Source of the DNA: Vicinamibacterales bacterium
Lineage (GTDB): Bacteria > Acidobacteriota > Vicinamibacteria > Vicinamibacterales > 2-12-FULL-66-21
Assembly: GCA_036496585.1 (NCBI GenBank)
Contig: DASXLB010000068.1
Location: forward strand, 10,781 to 74,780
Direction of reading: 5' to 3'
Length of the DNA: 64,000 nt
Each line of letters starts with the position of its first letter. Position 1 is the stretch's first letter. Both the position numbers and the translations under genes were made by a program. The notes under the pieces were generated by a model, which had not been told where the DNA came from, made no database searches, and worked only from the letters and a program-made list of their open reading frames with translations. This document shows, piece by piece, positions 26,687 through 35,648 of the stretch.

Positions 26687-28182
26687 TCACTGGCGCTGGC
26701 GCTGAATCCAGTTCCGGATGTCGGCCGCGTCGCGGGCGACCGCCGCGCTGTCGGCAAGCTCGACGGCCGCGTCCACCTGCTTCAGCGCCTCGTCGTAGCG
26801 ATGCGCGTTACCGAGCAGCCGTGCCGCCGTCAGGCGATGATGCGCGTCACCCGGCTCGAGCGAGACGGCGCGCAGCGCCAGCGCCGGCGGATCGCCATTG
26901 CCAAGCTGCCCGTCGACCGAAGCCAGGAAGTCATAGGCGGCGGCGTAGCGGGGATTGAGCGACGCCGCTTTGGCGACCAGATCGCGGACCTTGGTGAGCG
27001 TGTCGCGATCGGCGTCCCCCGCCAGGTCAGTGTCGCCAGGCGGTAGTGTGCGTAGGCGTCGGTCGTGCCGGCGCCGACGGCGCGCGCATAGGCGTCGCGG
27101 GCGGCGTCGATCTTGTCCTCACGCTCGAGGAGCAACGCATCGGCGACCTCGGCGTCGGACGCGCCCCCAGCCTTCCGCGCTTCGTCCACGAGCGCGCGCG
27201 CTTCGACCGGCCGCCCCATGGCGACGTGAAAGACCGCCCGCCGCGCGGCGCACTCGGCGGCCGGAATCGGCGTCACGCCGAAGGATTCGCGCCTGACCGT
27301 GGCGTCGGCCTGCAGCGCCTTGTAGGAGAACAGGTTCCGGTCGACGTAGGCGCGTAGCGGCGTCTGCAGGTCGGAGGGCCGGCCGATCGTTTCCGCGAAC
27401 GCCGCCGCATCGGGCGACATGCCCTTGAGGACACCGGTCAGGTACTTCTCGAGACCGCCGGCATGCGCTCCGCCATCGGCGAACATCAGGTAATGGACGA
27501 CGGCCCACGCCTCGGCGTCGAAGAGCATCAGGTTGTCGCCCTTCAGGAGCGGCGAGCCGTTTGGCGCGGCGACGAGATCGGCGAGCGGAATGCGACGGCC
27601 TTCGTGCAGTTCCTGGAGATACCAGGGGGCTGGCGGACCGAACATCACGCTCTTGTCGTCGATGACGGTGTTGCTCATGACGCCGGCGAGGCCGCGCAGC
27701 AGCCACGGCGGCAGGCGTCGGGGCACGCTCTGCTCCAGGATCAACGAGAAGTAGGCGAAGTACGAGGAGGCGTACGGGTTGACGTGGCGCTTGGCACCCT
27801 GCTCGATGTCGGTGCGCAGCGCGAGAAACGTGCGGTCGTAGCCGCTGACCCAGACCGTGGCGATGCCGGTGCCGCCGTTCTTCTTCTCCCAGTACGCGGG
27901 CGCGAGCGCCTTCAGCGCCTGTTCGTCCTTCAGCGCGAACACGACCAGCGGGCGGTTGAGATCGAGCTTCGCCCACGGCCACAGGACGGCGATTTCGCTG
28001 CGCATCTGCTCGAGCTGCCAGGCGAGTGTCGACGTCGGTCCTTTGCCGGCGTCGGACGTGACGGTGAAGTGCGGACTCTTGACCTCGATCCACTGATCGG
28101 CGGCCGCCGCCGAACGGGCGGCGAGGCAGGCGACAAGACACACGACAACGGCGGCCATCCGCCGCCCGCGAACGATCATCAT
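26687..28182 (-). pseudogene. secreted protein with C-terminal TPR-like repeats, frameshifted at a G5/C5 run (27016-27020)
   Basis: ATG 28182 plus a signal peptide. After ...HYRLATLTW the listed frame turns Arg/Pro/Ser-rich. Another frame reads DADRDTLTKVRDLVAKAASLNPRYAAAYDFLASV...IRNWIQRQRQ* to a stop at 26687. Confidence 0.75.
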
Positions 28183-28199
28183 GGCGCGGCATTCTAGGC

Positions 28200-28205
28200 T
28201 ACACT
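28200..28205 (+). promoter_or_regulatory. -10-like box TACACT, 8 nt before ATG 28214
   Basis: TACACT. Gap CCCACCCC has no SD. Confidence 0.35.
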
Positions 28206-28213
28206 CCCACCCC

Positions 28214-29095
28214 ATGACTACCCAGGACCGTCGTACTTTCCTCGGCACGGTCGTCGCCGGCATGGTGGCTGCGCGTGCGTCGTTCGCCGCCTCGCTCAAG
28301 GCGGTCGGCGTGCAGCTCTATACGGTCCGTACGGACCTCGAAAAGGACTTCGACGGCACGCTGGCGACGATCGCCGCGATCGGCTACAAGGAAGTGGAGT
28401 TCGCCGGCTACTTCGGTCGCACGCCGCAACAGGTGCGTGAGACGCTGAAGACGAACGGACTGGTCTCTCCGGCGGCGCATATCGACTATCCGACGGTCAG
28501 CGATCCGGCCAAGTGGGCCATGGCCCTCGACGACGCGGCGACGCTGGGTCAGACATTCCTCGTCAACCCGTGGATCGACGAGGCGGTTCGCAATCAGCCC
28601 GACGCCTGGAAGCGCGCCGCCGACGTCTACAACACCGCCGGCGCCGCGGCGCAGAAGCACGGCATCCAGTTCTGCTACCACAACCACAACTTCGAGTTCT
28701 ATCCGCGTCAGGATCTGAGCGGCGCGCTGCCATTCGAGTACCTGCTCGCGACCTGCGATCCGACGCTGGTGAAGATGGAGCTCGATCTGTGCTGGATTTC
28801 GGCGGCAAGCAAGGATCCGCTCGCCTACTTCCAGAAGTATCCGGGGCGCTTCCCGCTCGTGCACGTCAAGGGGCTGAAGGCCGTGCCGGCGGCCTCGCCG
28901 ACGCCGGTCGCGATCGACAAGGTGCTACCCGACGTGACCGAAGTCGGCCACGACGACGTCATCGACTGGAAGCGGATTTTCGCGCAGTCGAAGGAAGCCG
29001 GCATCGCGCACTACTTCGTCGAGCACGACGTGCCGAAGGTGCCGCTCGCCAGCCTCGAGGAGAGCTACCAGTACCTCGCGAAGCTGCAGTTCTGA
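28214..29095 (+). CDS. TAT-exported sugar-phosphate isomerase/epimerase (xylose-isomerase-like TIM barrel)
   Basis: Twin-arginine signal MTTQDRRTFLGTVVAGMVAARASFA. TIM-barrel family pattern (...YKEVEFAGYF..., HNHNFEF, VEHD). Confidence 0.85.
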   Translation: MTTQDRRTFLGTVVAGMVAARASFAASLKAVGVQLYTVRTDLEKDFDGTLATIAAIGYKEVEFAGYFGRTPQQVRETLKTNGLVSPAAHIDYPTVSDPAKWAMALDDAATLGQTFLVNPWIDEAVRNQPDAWKRAADVYNTAGAAAQKHGIQFCYHNHNFEFYPRQDLSGALPFEYLLATCDPTLVKMELDLCWISAASKDPLAYFQKYPGRFPLVHVKGLKAVPAASPTPVAIDKVLPDVTEVGHDDVIDWKRIFAQSKEAGIAHYFVEHDVPKVPLASLEESYQYLAKLQF

Positions 29096-29136
29096 GTCGG
29101 GGCCGCTGACAAGAGCCGAAAACATCGCCGCCGGAT

Positions 29137-29152
29137 AGGAGGGCAGCCTCCT
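29137..29152 (+). terminator. hairpin AGGAGG-GCAG-CCTCCT followed by a T-rich tail
   Basis: 6-bp stem and 4-nt loop, then GATCTTCTTC, in the convergent gap. Confidence 0.35.
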
Positions 29153-29191
29153 GATCTTCTTCGAGGCTCCTGGCAGCTGGCACGATCGTGC

Positions 29192-31432
29192 TCAGCCGCG
29201 GAGCCAGGCGTTGACGTTGCGCCACACGGCTCGCAGCCTGGACGCGATCGCCTGCACGGCGGCGTCGGGATCCTCTTCGCCGCGGTCGCGCCGTTGAATG
29301 ACCTCGTCGACGCTCAGGTGCGGTGAGCCGGTACGCTGCAGGCGGCGGACGTACTCGGGATCGACGCCGTGGTCGCGCAGACGCACCAGGTCCTGGAGGG
29401 GAACGCCCTTATAGCCAAGCTCCGCCATCCCGCGCACGTACTCCGGGTCGACGCCATGGTCGCGCGCGGTGAGCAGCGCGTCGATGGTGAGCGTCGGGTA
29501 ACCGAGCGACGCCAGGCCCCGCGCATACTCCGCGCCCACGCCGTGATCGCGCGCGCGGCGGTATTCGTCGAGCGTGAGGCGGTATCCGAGCGCCTGCATG
29601 CCGCGCACGTACTCGGGCTCGACGCCATGGTCGCGCGCCTCGATCAGCGACGACAGCGACATGGCGGGGAAGCCGAGCGCCGTCATGCCGCGCGCATATT
29701 CCGGATCGGCGCCATGATCGCGCGCCACGCGCAACTCCTCGGCCGAGAGATGCGCGTACCCGGCGGCTTCCATGCCGCGGATGAAGACCGAATCGACGCC
29801 GTGATCGCGCAGCGTGATGAGCGCGTCGAGGCTGCCGGCGCGGTAGCCGAGCGCCGTCATGCCGTGCAGGTAGTCGGCGTCGACACCATGCTGTGCCGCG
29901 CGAACCAGCATCGGCACGTCCGGCTTTGCGTAGCCAGCCGCCGCGAGCGCGTCGAGGTAGGCGACTCCGACGTCGGCGATCGCCAGCGAGAGCGACTCCT
30001 GCGGCGACGGACGGCCGATGCCGCGCGTGGCCAGCGCCTCGGCGAACGCCGCGTCCGGCGCGAAGGCGAACGTTCCGGCGCAGACGCCGCGGCGGCAAAC
30101 GCCGTCGACGGTGAAGGTACCCGCCTCGCGTCGGATCGGGAAGTGCAGCGGCGCGTTGAGTCCGTCGATCTGATCGACGGGCAGTCCCGCCAACCGGTCG
30201 AGGCCGACCGTGCGGCCGTGCGATCCCTGGTCCGTGCGGATGTTGATCTGCACGGTATCGCGAGCGGCCGTCCGCCGCAGCTCCCACGTGCCCGTCGCCT
30301 CGGCCTGTGCCGGGGCCGGGGACGACTGCGCCACGCCCGCGCGCTCGACGGCCGATCCGTTCGCCACGAGGGGATCGAAAGGCACGAGCGCGGCGTGGAC
30401 GATCGCCAGCGGCAGGCACAGCGCCGCCGTTGCCGCGATCGCGGCGGTCACCCCGCGGCGGCCGAGCGCCGCGCGGTTGCGCGCCGCGTCGAGGATGGCC
30501 AGCATCCGCCCTTCGAGCTGGCGCGCGCGAATCATGCCGAGCGCGGTGGCGGGCGCCGGCGACGGACCGAACGCCCGCGCGATCTCGAGCAGGTGCTCGG
30601 CGTACTCGCGCGGACCGGCGCCGGCGCCGAGCACGCGATCGTCGCAGGCGAGCTCGCGCTCGACGCGCAGCCGCCGTGCCGCCCACCAGACGCCTGGATG
30701 CGGCCAGTACAGCGCGCACGCCGCCGCGGTGAGCCGCTGCACCATGCAGTCGAAGCGGGCGACATGCGCCAGCTCGTGCAGGAGCACCGCGCGCCGGCGA
30801 TCCTCACTCCAGCCCTCGGCCGCCGCCGGCACGACGATGACGGGAGCGGACGTGCCGAAGGTGAGCGGCATGATGTCCTGCGCGCTCTCCAAAAGCCGAA
30901 CGGACCGCGCGACACCAAGCTGCCGCACGGCGTCGTCGAGGGCGCCGCGCCACGCCGGGCCGTCGATCGGCCGTGACGCGGCCGCCAGACGGCGCAGCGC
31001 GAGCGGCTCGCACGCGACCCGCGCCGCCAGCACGAGCACACCCGCCAGATAGATGCCCGCCAGCGCGACGAGCGCGAAGGCGCCGCCGAGTCCGGCCGGC
31101 CGCGACACGGCCGCGACCTCGCCGCGCGGACGCGCCGTCTTCAACGCGTCCGGACGGGCGGTGGGACTCGCGCGGAGGCTGGAGCGGGCGTCAACAATTA
31201 CGCCCTGCGGCGCGGCCGTGATCGCGGCACCGGCGCGCGCGACCGGAATGCGTACGTGCCAGCCCGGGAGCGCTGCGGCGAGCGGCAGCAGCAGCAGCGC
31301 CGCGACGGTCAGCGCCCACAGCAGATGCCGTGCGGCGGCCGAGGCGCGCCGCGCGAGGGCCAGATCGATCGCCGCCGCCGCCAGGAGGAGCGCGGTGGAC
31401 TTGACGAAGGTGTCGAGGATGAGTGCGGTCAT
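29192..31432 (-). CDS. BlaR1-like M56 metallopeptidase signal transducer with a non-PBP repeat sensor domain
   Basis: ATG 31432 overlaps the BlaI stop (ATGA). TM helices and HELAHVARFD (HExxH). The C-terminus has 8 tandem ~29-aa HGVDPEYVRGMxALGY...RD repeats. The first 156 codons of ORF 29192..31900 are rejected. Confidence 0.88.
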   Translation of the reverse strand: MTALILDTFVKSTALLLAAAAIDLALARRASAAARHLLWALTVAALLLLPLAAALPGWHVRIPVARAGAAITAAPQGVIVDARSSLRASPTARPDALKTARPRGEVAAVSRPAGLGGAFALVALAGIYLAGVLVLAARVACEPLALRRLAAASRPIDGPAWRGALDDAVRQLGVARSVRLLESAQDIMPLTFGTSAPVIVVPAAAEGWSEDRRRAVLLHELAHVARFDCMVQRLTAAACALYWPHPGVWWAARRLRVERELACDDRVLGAGAGPREYAEHLLEIARAFGPSPAPATALGMIRARQLEGRMLAILDAARNRAALGRRGVTAAIAATAALCLPLAIVHAALVPFDPLVANGSAVERAGVAQSSPAPAQAEATGTWELRRTAARDTVQINIRTDQGSHGRTVGLDRLAGLPVDQIDGLNAPLHFPIRREAGTFTVDGVCRRGVCAGTFAFAPDAAFAEALATRGIGRPSPQESLSLAIADVGVAYLDALAAAGYAKPDVPMLVRAAQHGVDADYLHGMTALGYRAGSLDALITLRDHGVDSVFIRGMEAAGYAHLSAEELRVARDHGADPEYARGMTALGFPAMSLSSLIEARDHGVEPEYVRGMQALGYRLTLDEYRRARDHGVGAEYARGLASLGYPTLTIDALLTARDHGVDPEYVRGMAELGYKGVPLQDLVRLRDHGVDPEYVRRLQRTGSPHLSVDEVIQRRDRGEEDPDAAVQAIASRLRAVWRNVNAWLRG

Positions 31433-31825
31433 CGAAGTCCTCCCGGCGCGCGGCCGCGCTGCAGCAGCGCCCTGAGCCGCGTGTAGTCCTCGTCGGAGAG
31501 CGGCCCGTTGTTCATGTCGAGCAGCGCTGCCGCTGCCGATCCTGGTGAATTGCCGAAGAACGTGCGCACCAGTTGTGTCAGCGCCGAGCGGCTCGCGTCT
31601 TCGGGCGCGGCCGCCGGGAAATAGACGAAGCGGGGCCCGTCGTACTCGCGGCCGAGCAGACGGCGGTCGATCATGATGTCGAGCAGCTTTCGCACGCTCG
31701 ACGGGCTCGGCGCGTCTGGCAGCTCGGCGCGAATCGCTTGCACCGTCGCGCGCCGATGGCGGTGCAGGATTTCCATGATCTGTGCCTCGCGGCGCGTCAG
31801 GCTGGGCTGGACTGGTTTCGTCACG
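31429..31825 (-). CDS. BlaI/MecI/CopY-family transcriptional repressor
   Basis: GTG 31825 lies 6 nt after GAGGAG; the ORF track starts at TTG 31848. LTRREAQIMEILHRHRRATVQAIRAEL...SSVRKLLDIMIDRRLL is a winged-helix pattern. Confidence 0.88.
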
Positions 31826-31848
31826 CGTGTCTCCTCGATCGCGAGCAA

Positions 31849-31882
31849 GGCGAAGAAATTCGCCGGCAGCGAATATATTCGC
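31849..31882. promoter_or_regulatory. two GCGAA-N4-TTCGC dyads (candidate operators) in the blaI-like promoter
   Basis: GGCGAAGAAATTCGCC (31849-31864) and the perfect palindrome GCGAATATATTCGC (31869-31882). Centres are 19 bp apart. Confidence 0.5.
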
Positions 31883-31900
31883 CCTTTCGGGTGATGTCAA
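31872..31900 (-). promoter_or_regulatory. near-consensus sigma70-type promoter TTGACA-17-TATATT for blaI/blaR1-like genes
   Basis: Minus strand: TTGACA (31895-31900), 17-nt spacer, TATATT (31872-31877). The -10 box lies inside the palindrome GCGAATATATTCGC. Confidence 0.55.
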
Positions 31901-31909
31901 GCCGGCGGT

Positions 31910-31951
31910 TTGACTCTAAAACAGATGTTTGATACATGTGTTTGAGACACA
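31910..31951 (+). promoter_or_regulatory. candidate efflux-operon promoter TTGACT-17-TACATG with dyads AAACA-GA-TGTTT and TGTGT-N5-ACACA
   Basis: TTGACT 31910-31915 and TACATG 31933-31938. The ACAnnTGT-type dyad at 31919-31930 sits in the spacer. A second dyad lies at 31937-31951. Locally AT-rich. Confidence 0.45.
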
Positions 31952-31955
31952 GCTC

Positions 31956-33002
31956 ATGCAGCGCCTGCGCCGAATCCTCATCATCTTGATCGTCCTGGCG
32001 GCCGCCTGCGCGGCCTACGCCTACCTGCACCGCCCGCCGTCGGTGCTGACGCTCACCGGCATCGTCACCACCGACGACGTCATCGTCAGCCCGCAGGTGG
32101 CGGGACAGATCGCGGATCTCAAGGTGAAGGAAGGGGACACCGTGGAGAAGCAGCAGCTGCTGGCGGTCGTGGCGCCCGACGAGCTGCGCGCCGACACCGC
32201 CTATTACGCAGAAAACAGCCAGGGGCTCTCGTCGCAGGTGCACGAGTCCGAGGCGACGCTGCGCTTCGAGCAGCGGCAGACCGCCGACCAGATTGCCCAG
32301 GCCCAGTCGACGCTCGCCGCCACGGAGGCGCAGGCCAAGGGCGCCGGCGCCGATCTCGAGAACGCGCGGCTCGTGTTCACCCGCACGCAGAGCCTGGCCG
32401 ACAAGAGGATCGCGTCAGCGCAGGAAGCCGACCAGTCGCGCACCGCCTTCAACGCCGCGCAGGCCCGGGTCGACGCGATCGACAGGCAGGTGGAGGCGCA
32501 GCGCGCGGCCGTCGCGCTCGCGCGGTCGAACGCCGAACAGGTGTCGGCGCGTCGCGACCAGGTGCAGACCAGCCGGCACATGGCGGCTGCCGCCGCTGCA
32601 CAGCAGACCAAGGCCGACGTCCGCCTGCGCTACACCGAGCTGCGGGCGCCGATTGCGGGATTCGTCAGCGTGCGCGCCGTGCGCCAGGGGGAGTACGTCA
32701 TTCCGGGCCAGCCGGTGGTGACGCTGATCGATCCCGACAACCTGTGGGTCCGCGTCGACGTCGAGGAGACCTACATCGATCGCGTGCGGCTCGGCGACAC
32801 GGTGCCGGTCCGGCTGCCGTCCGGCGACGAGCGCCAGGGGACGGTCTTCTACCGGGGCGCCGACGCCGGGTTCGCGACGCAGCGCGACGTCAGCCGGATG
32901 AAACGCGACATTCGCACCTTCGAGGTCCGGCTGCGCGTCGACAACCGCGATCGGCGCCTGGCCGTCGGCATGACCGCCTACGTGTCGCTGCGCGTGCAGT
33001 AG
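31956..33002 (+). CDS. HlyD-family efflux adaptor (membrane fusion) protein
   Basis: ATG 31956 gives MQRLRRILIILIVLAAA (TM); the ORF track starts at TTG 31929. Long coiled-coil region, then ...YTELRAPIAGFV...GQPVVTLID. Confidence 0.88.
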   Translation: MQRLRRILIILIVLAAACAAYAYLHRPPSVLTLTGIVTTDDVIVSPQVAGQIADLKVKEGDTVEKQQLLAVVAPDELRADTAYYAENSQGLSSQVHESEATLRFEQRQTADQIAQAQSTLAATEAQAKGAGADLENARLVFTRTQSLADKRIASAQEADQSRTAFNAAQARVDAIDRQVEAQRAAVALARSNAEQVSARRDQVQTSRHMAAAAAAQQTKADVRLRYTELRAPIAGFVSVRAVRQGEYVIPGQPVVTLIDPDNLWVRVDVEETYIDRVRLGDTVPVRLPSGDERQGTVFYRGADAGFATQRDVSRMKRDIRTFEVRLRVDNRDRRLAVGMTAYVSLRVQ

Positions 33003-33008
33003 GTCCGG

Positions 33009-33806
33009 ATGTCCGCCATCGACGTTCGCGGCATCGTCAAGCGGTTCGGCGCGTTCACCGCGGTGAACGGGATTTCGTTCACCGTCGAGGACGGCGAGAT
33101 CTTCGGCCTGCTCGGGCCGAACGGCGCCGGCAAGTCGACGCTGATCCGCATGATGACGACGCTGCTGCCGCCGACCGAGGGGACGGCGATCGTCAACGGC
33201 GCCGACGTCCGCCAGGACCCCGACGGGGTGCGGCGGTCGATCGGCGTCATTCCCCAGGCGATGACCAGCGACCTCGAGCTGAGCGTCGAAGAGAATCTGC
33301 TCATCTTCGCGAAGTTGTATGGCGTGCCGCGCGCCCGCCGCGAGAGGCTGATCAGCGATCTGCTGCACGCGGTGCAGCTCACCGAGTGGCGCGAGGCGCC
33401 GGTCAAGAACCTGTCGGGCGGGATGCGGCGGCGCGTCGAGATCGCGCGCGGCCTCGTCCACGAGCCGCGCATCTTCTTCCTCGACGAGCCGACGACCGGG
33501 CTCGATCCGGTCTCGCGCGTCGCGGTGTGGGAGATGCTGCGCAAGATCAAGGCGGAGCGCGACCTCACCGTGCTGCTGACGACACACTACATGGACGAGG
33601 CCGACAAGCTCTGCGACCGCATCGCCATCGTCGATCACGGCGAGTTGAAGGCGCTCGATTCCCCCGAGCGGCTGAAGGCGGCGACGCCTGGCGATCAGGT
33701 GACGCTCGACGACGTGTTCATTTACTACACCGGCCGCGACCTGCGCGACGCCCTGCAGGACGTCAGCCCGATGGATCGCACCGGCTTCATCCCGCGGCGG
33801 AGCTGA
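33009..33806 (+). CDS. ABC transporter ATP-binding protein (DrrA-like)
   Basis: Walker A GPNGAGKST, signature LSGGMRRR, Walker B IFFLDEPTTGLD. Confidence 0.95.
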   Translation: MSAIDVRGIVKRFGAFTAVNGISFTVEDGEIFGLLGPNGAGKSTLIRMMTTLLPPTEGTAIVNGADVRQDPDGVRRSIGVIPQAMTSDLELSVEENLLIFAKLYGVPRARRERLISDLLHAVQLTEWREAPVKNLSGGMRRRVEIARGLVHEPRIFFLDEPTTGLDPVSRVAVWEMLRKIKAERDLTVLLTTHYMDEADKLCDRIAIVDHGELKALDSPERLKAATPGDQVTLDDVFIYYTGRDLRDALQDVSPMDRTGFIPRRS

Positions 33807-33809
33807 GCG

Positions 33810-34922
33810 ATGGGACGCATCTGGGCGATCATCGAGCGCGAGCTGCGGCGGTTCCGCCGCAGCCCGATGTTGATCGTGGTGTCGATGGTGTTCCCGATCG
33901 TGCAGCTCGTCGTGCTCGGCTACGCGTTCGGCGGCAACGTCAAGCACCTGAAGGTGGCGATCGTCGATCAGGACCACGGCGTCGAGGCGATTCACGTGCG
34001 CGAGCTGGCGGGTGCCGCCTCGTCCGGCGCCCACACCATCGACGTGATCGAGTACCCCGACGAGCAGGCGGCGATCACCGATCTGCGCGACGGACGGATC
34101 AACGGCGTGCTGACCATTCCCAACGGCTTCTCGCGGCGCGTGCTGGCGAAGGCGGATCCGCACGTCGCGCTGATCGAGGACAACACCGACAACTTCGTGT
34201 CGGCGTCCCTGGCGGCGACGCTGGGAGGAATGGTGTCGGCCTATGGCCAGCCGGCCGGCCCGCCGCGGGTCGGCCTGGCGCCGCGCCTCGACGTCGTCGA
34301 GGTCTACCCCTACGTGCCCTACATCCAGTACCTGCTGCCCGGATCCATCGTCATGTCGATCTTCATGATGGTGATGATCGGCGGCGGCATCATCTTCATC
34401 GACGACAAGGCGCGCGGGCTGCACGAAGGCTATCTGGTGACGCCGATCACCAAGTTCGAGCTGATCGCCGGCTTCAACATCTCGGGCACGATCAAGGCGG
34501 TGCTGGCCGGGGTGTTCCTGACGATCATCGGGTCGCTCATCGCCGGCATTCCTGACCCGCTGGCGCCGCTGCGGCTGATCCGCCTGTTCGCGGTGATCGT
34601 CGTGACGGCGTTCGCGCTGATCAGCCTGATGTTCCTGCTGATGGTGAGGGTGACGGATCCGCTGCTGCCGCGCGCGGTGTTCGGCGTGCTGAACACCCTG
34701 TTGTACTTCCCGAGCGGCGCGGTCTATCCCCAGCAGGGTTTTCCCGGCTGGATGCAGGTGATCGCGGTGGTCGATCCCTTTACCTACGCCGTCCACGCGC
34801 TGAAGAGCCTGCTGCTGAAGAACACCGGCTTCGCCGCGATCAGTTATGACCTAGGGTTCCTCTTCGTCTTTTCGGCCGTCGCGATGACCGCGGCGACGCT
34901 GCTCTTCAAGCGGACGCTGTGA
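33810..34922 (+). CDS. ABC-2 type transporter permease
   Basis: 370 aa. N-terminal TM, large extracytoplasmic loop, then 5 C-terminal TM helices. 3-nt gap from the ATPase gene. Confidence 0.9.
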   Translation: MGRIWAIIERELRRFRRSPMLIVVSMVFPIVQLVVLGYAFGGNVKHLKVAIVDQDHGVEAIHVRELAGAASSGAHTIDVIEYPDEQAAITDLRDGRINGVLTIPNGFSRRVLAKADPHVALIEDNTDNFVSASLAATLGGMVSAYGQPAGPPRVGLAPRLDVVEVYPYVPYIQYLLPGSIVMSIFMMVMIGGGIIFIDDKARGLHEGYLVTPITKFELIAGFNISGTIKAVLAGVFLTIIGSLIAGIPDPLAPLRLIRLFAVIVVTAFALISLMFLLMVRVTDPLLPRAVFGVLNTLLYFPSGAVYPQQGFPGWMQVIAVVDPFTYAVHALKSLLLKNTGFAAISYDLGFLFVFSAVAMTAATLLFKRTL

Positions 34923-35575
34923 CGAAGGCGCCAATGAGGGGGGGCCGCGCCGCGCGTCAGGACGACACCCGCGAGCGCCTGCTGCGCGAGGCCCGCCGGC
35001 TGTTTGCCGACCATGGGTTCGGGAACGTCACGGTCCGCGACATCTGCCGCGAGGCGCGGGCGAATGTGGCGGCGATCAATTACCACTTCGGCGACAAGCT
35101 CGGCCTGTATCGCGAGGTGGTCCAGCAGGCGATCGCGGCGATGGCCGCGACGAACGACGCGGCGCGGGCGGCCGGCGCGGGCTGTCCGCCGGAGGAGCAG
35201 CTGCGGCGCTTCCTGGTCGTCTTTCTCACCCGGATTCTCGAGCCGGGGCACGCCATGGTTCATCGGCTGCTGCAGCGGGAAGTGCAGGATCCGACGCCGC
35301 TGCTCGACGAGGTGGCGCAGCGGGGCATTCGTCCGCGTCTCGAGTATCTGTCCGGCATCGTCGCGGCGATGATCGGCGCCCGGCCCGACGAGGCGCACGT
35401 GCTGCAGTGCGTCGGCAGCATCAACGCGCAGGCGATCATCTACATGCCCAACCCAATCGCGGCGCGGCTCGGCTACGAGTTCACCGGCACGCCCGCGCAG
35501 ATCGAGGAGGCCGCCGAGCACATCGCCGCGTTCTCCATCGCCGGGGTGCGGGCGGCGGGCCGGCGGCACTCCTGA
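34919..35575 (+). CDS. TetR/AcrR-family transcriptional regulator
   Basis: GTG 34919 overlaps the permease stop (GTGA). TRERLLREARRLFADHGFGNVTVRDICREARANVAAINYHFGDK is the TetR HTH signature. Confidence 0.92.
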   Translation: MTKAPMRGGRAARQDDTRERLLREARRLFADHGFGNVTVRDICREARANVAAINYHFGDKLGLYREVVQQAIAAMAATNDAARAAGAGCPPEEQLRRFLVVFLTRILEPGHAMVHRLLQREVQDPTPLLDEVAQRGIRPRLEYLSGIVAAMIGARPDEAHVLQCVGSINAQAIIYMPNPIAARLGYEFTGTPAQIEEAAEHIAAFSIAGVRAAGRRHS

Positions 35576-35648
35576 GTTTCACCATTTTGCCATCCCGCTG
35601 GCGGCCCCGGTGGTAGCATTGATCCGGCCGCTCGACGGTCTCCATCAC

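Noticed and set aside
26170-26757. 195-aa minus-strand ORF overlapping the end of the C39-like gene and the TPR tail
   Set aside because: The translation is Arg/Pro-rich. The true minus-strand coding frame here is the frameshift-restored TPR tail ending at 26687.
31433-31900. N-terminal 156 codons of the 902-aa ORF 29192..31900, which would fuse over the BlaI-like gene
   Set aside because: That stretch is low-complexity and overlaps a clean BlaI-family ORF in another frame. The M56 protein has a typical start (MTALILDTFVKST...) at 31432.
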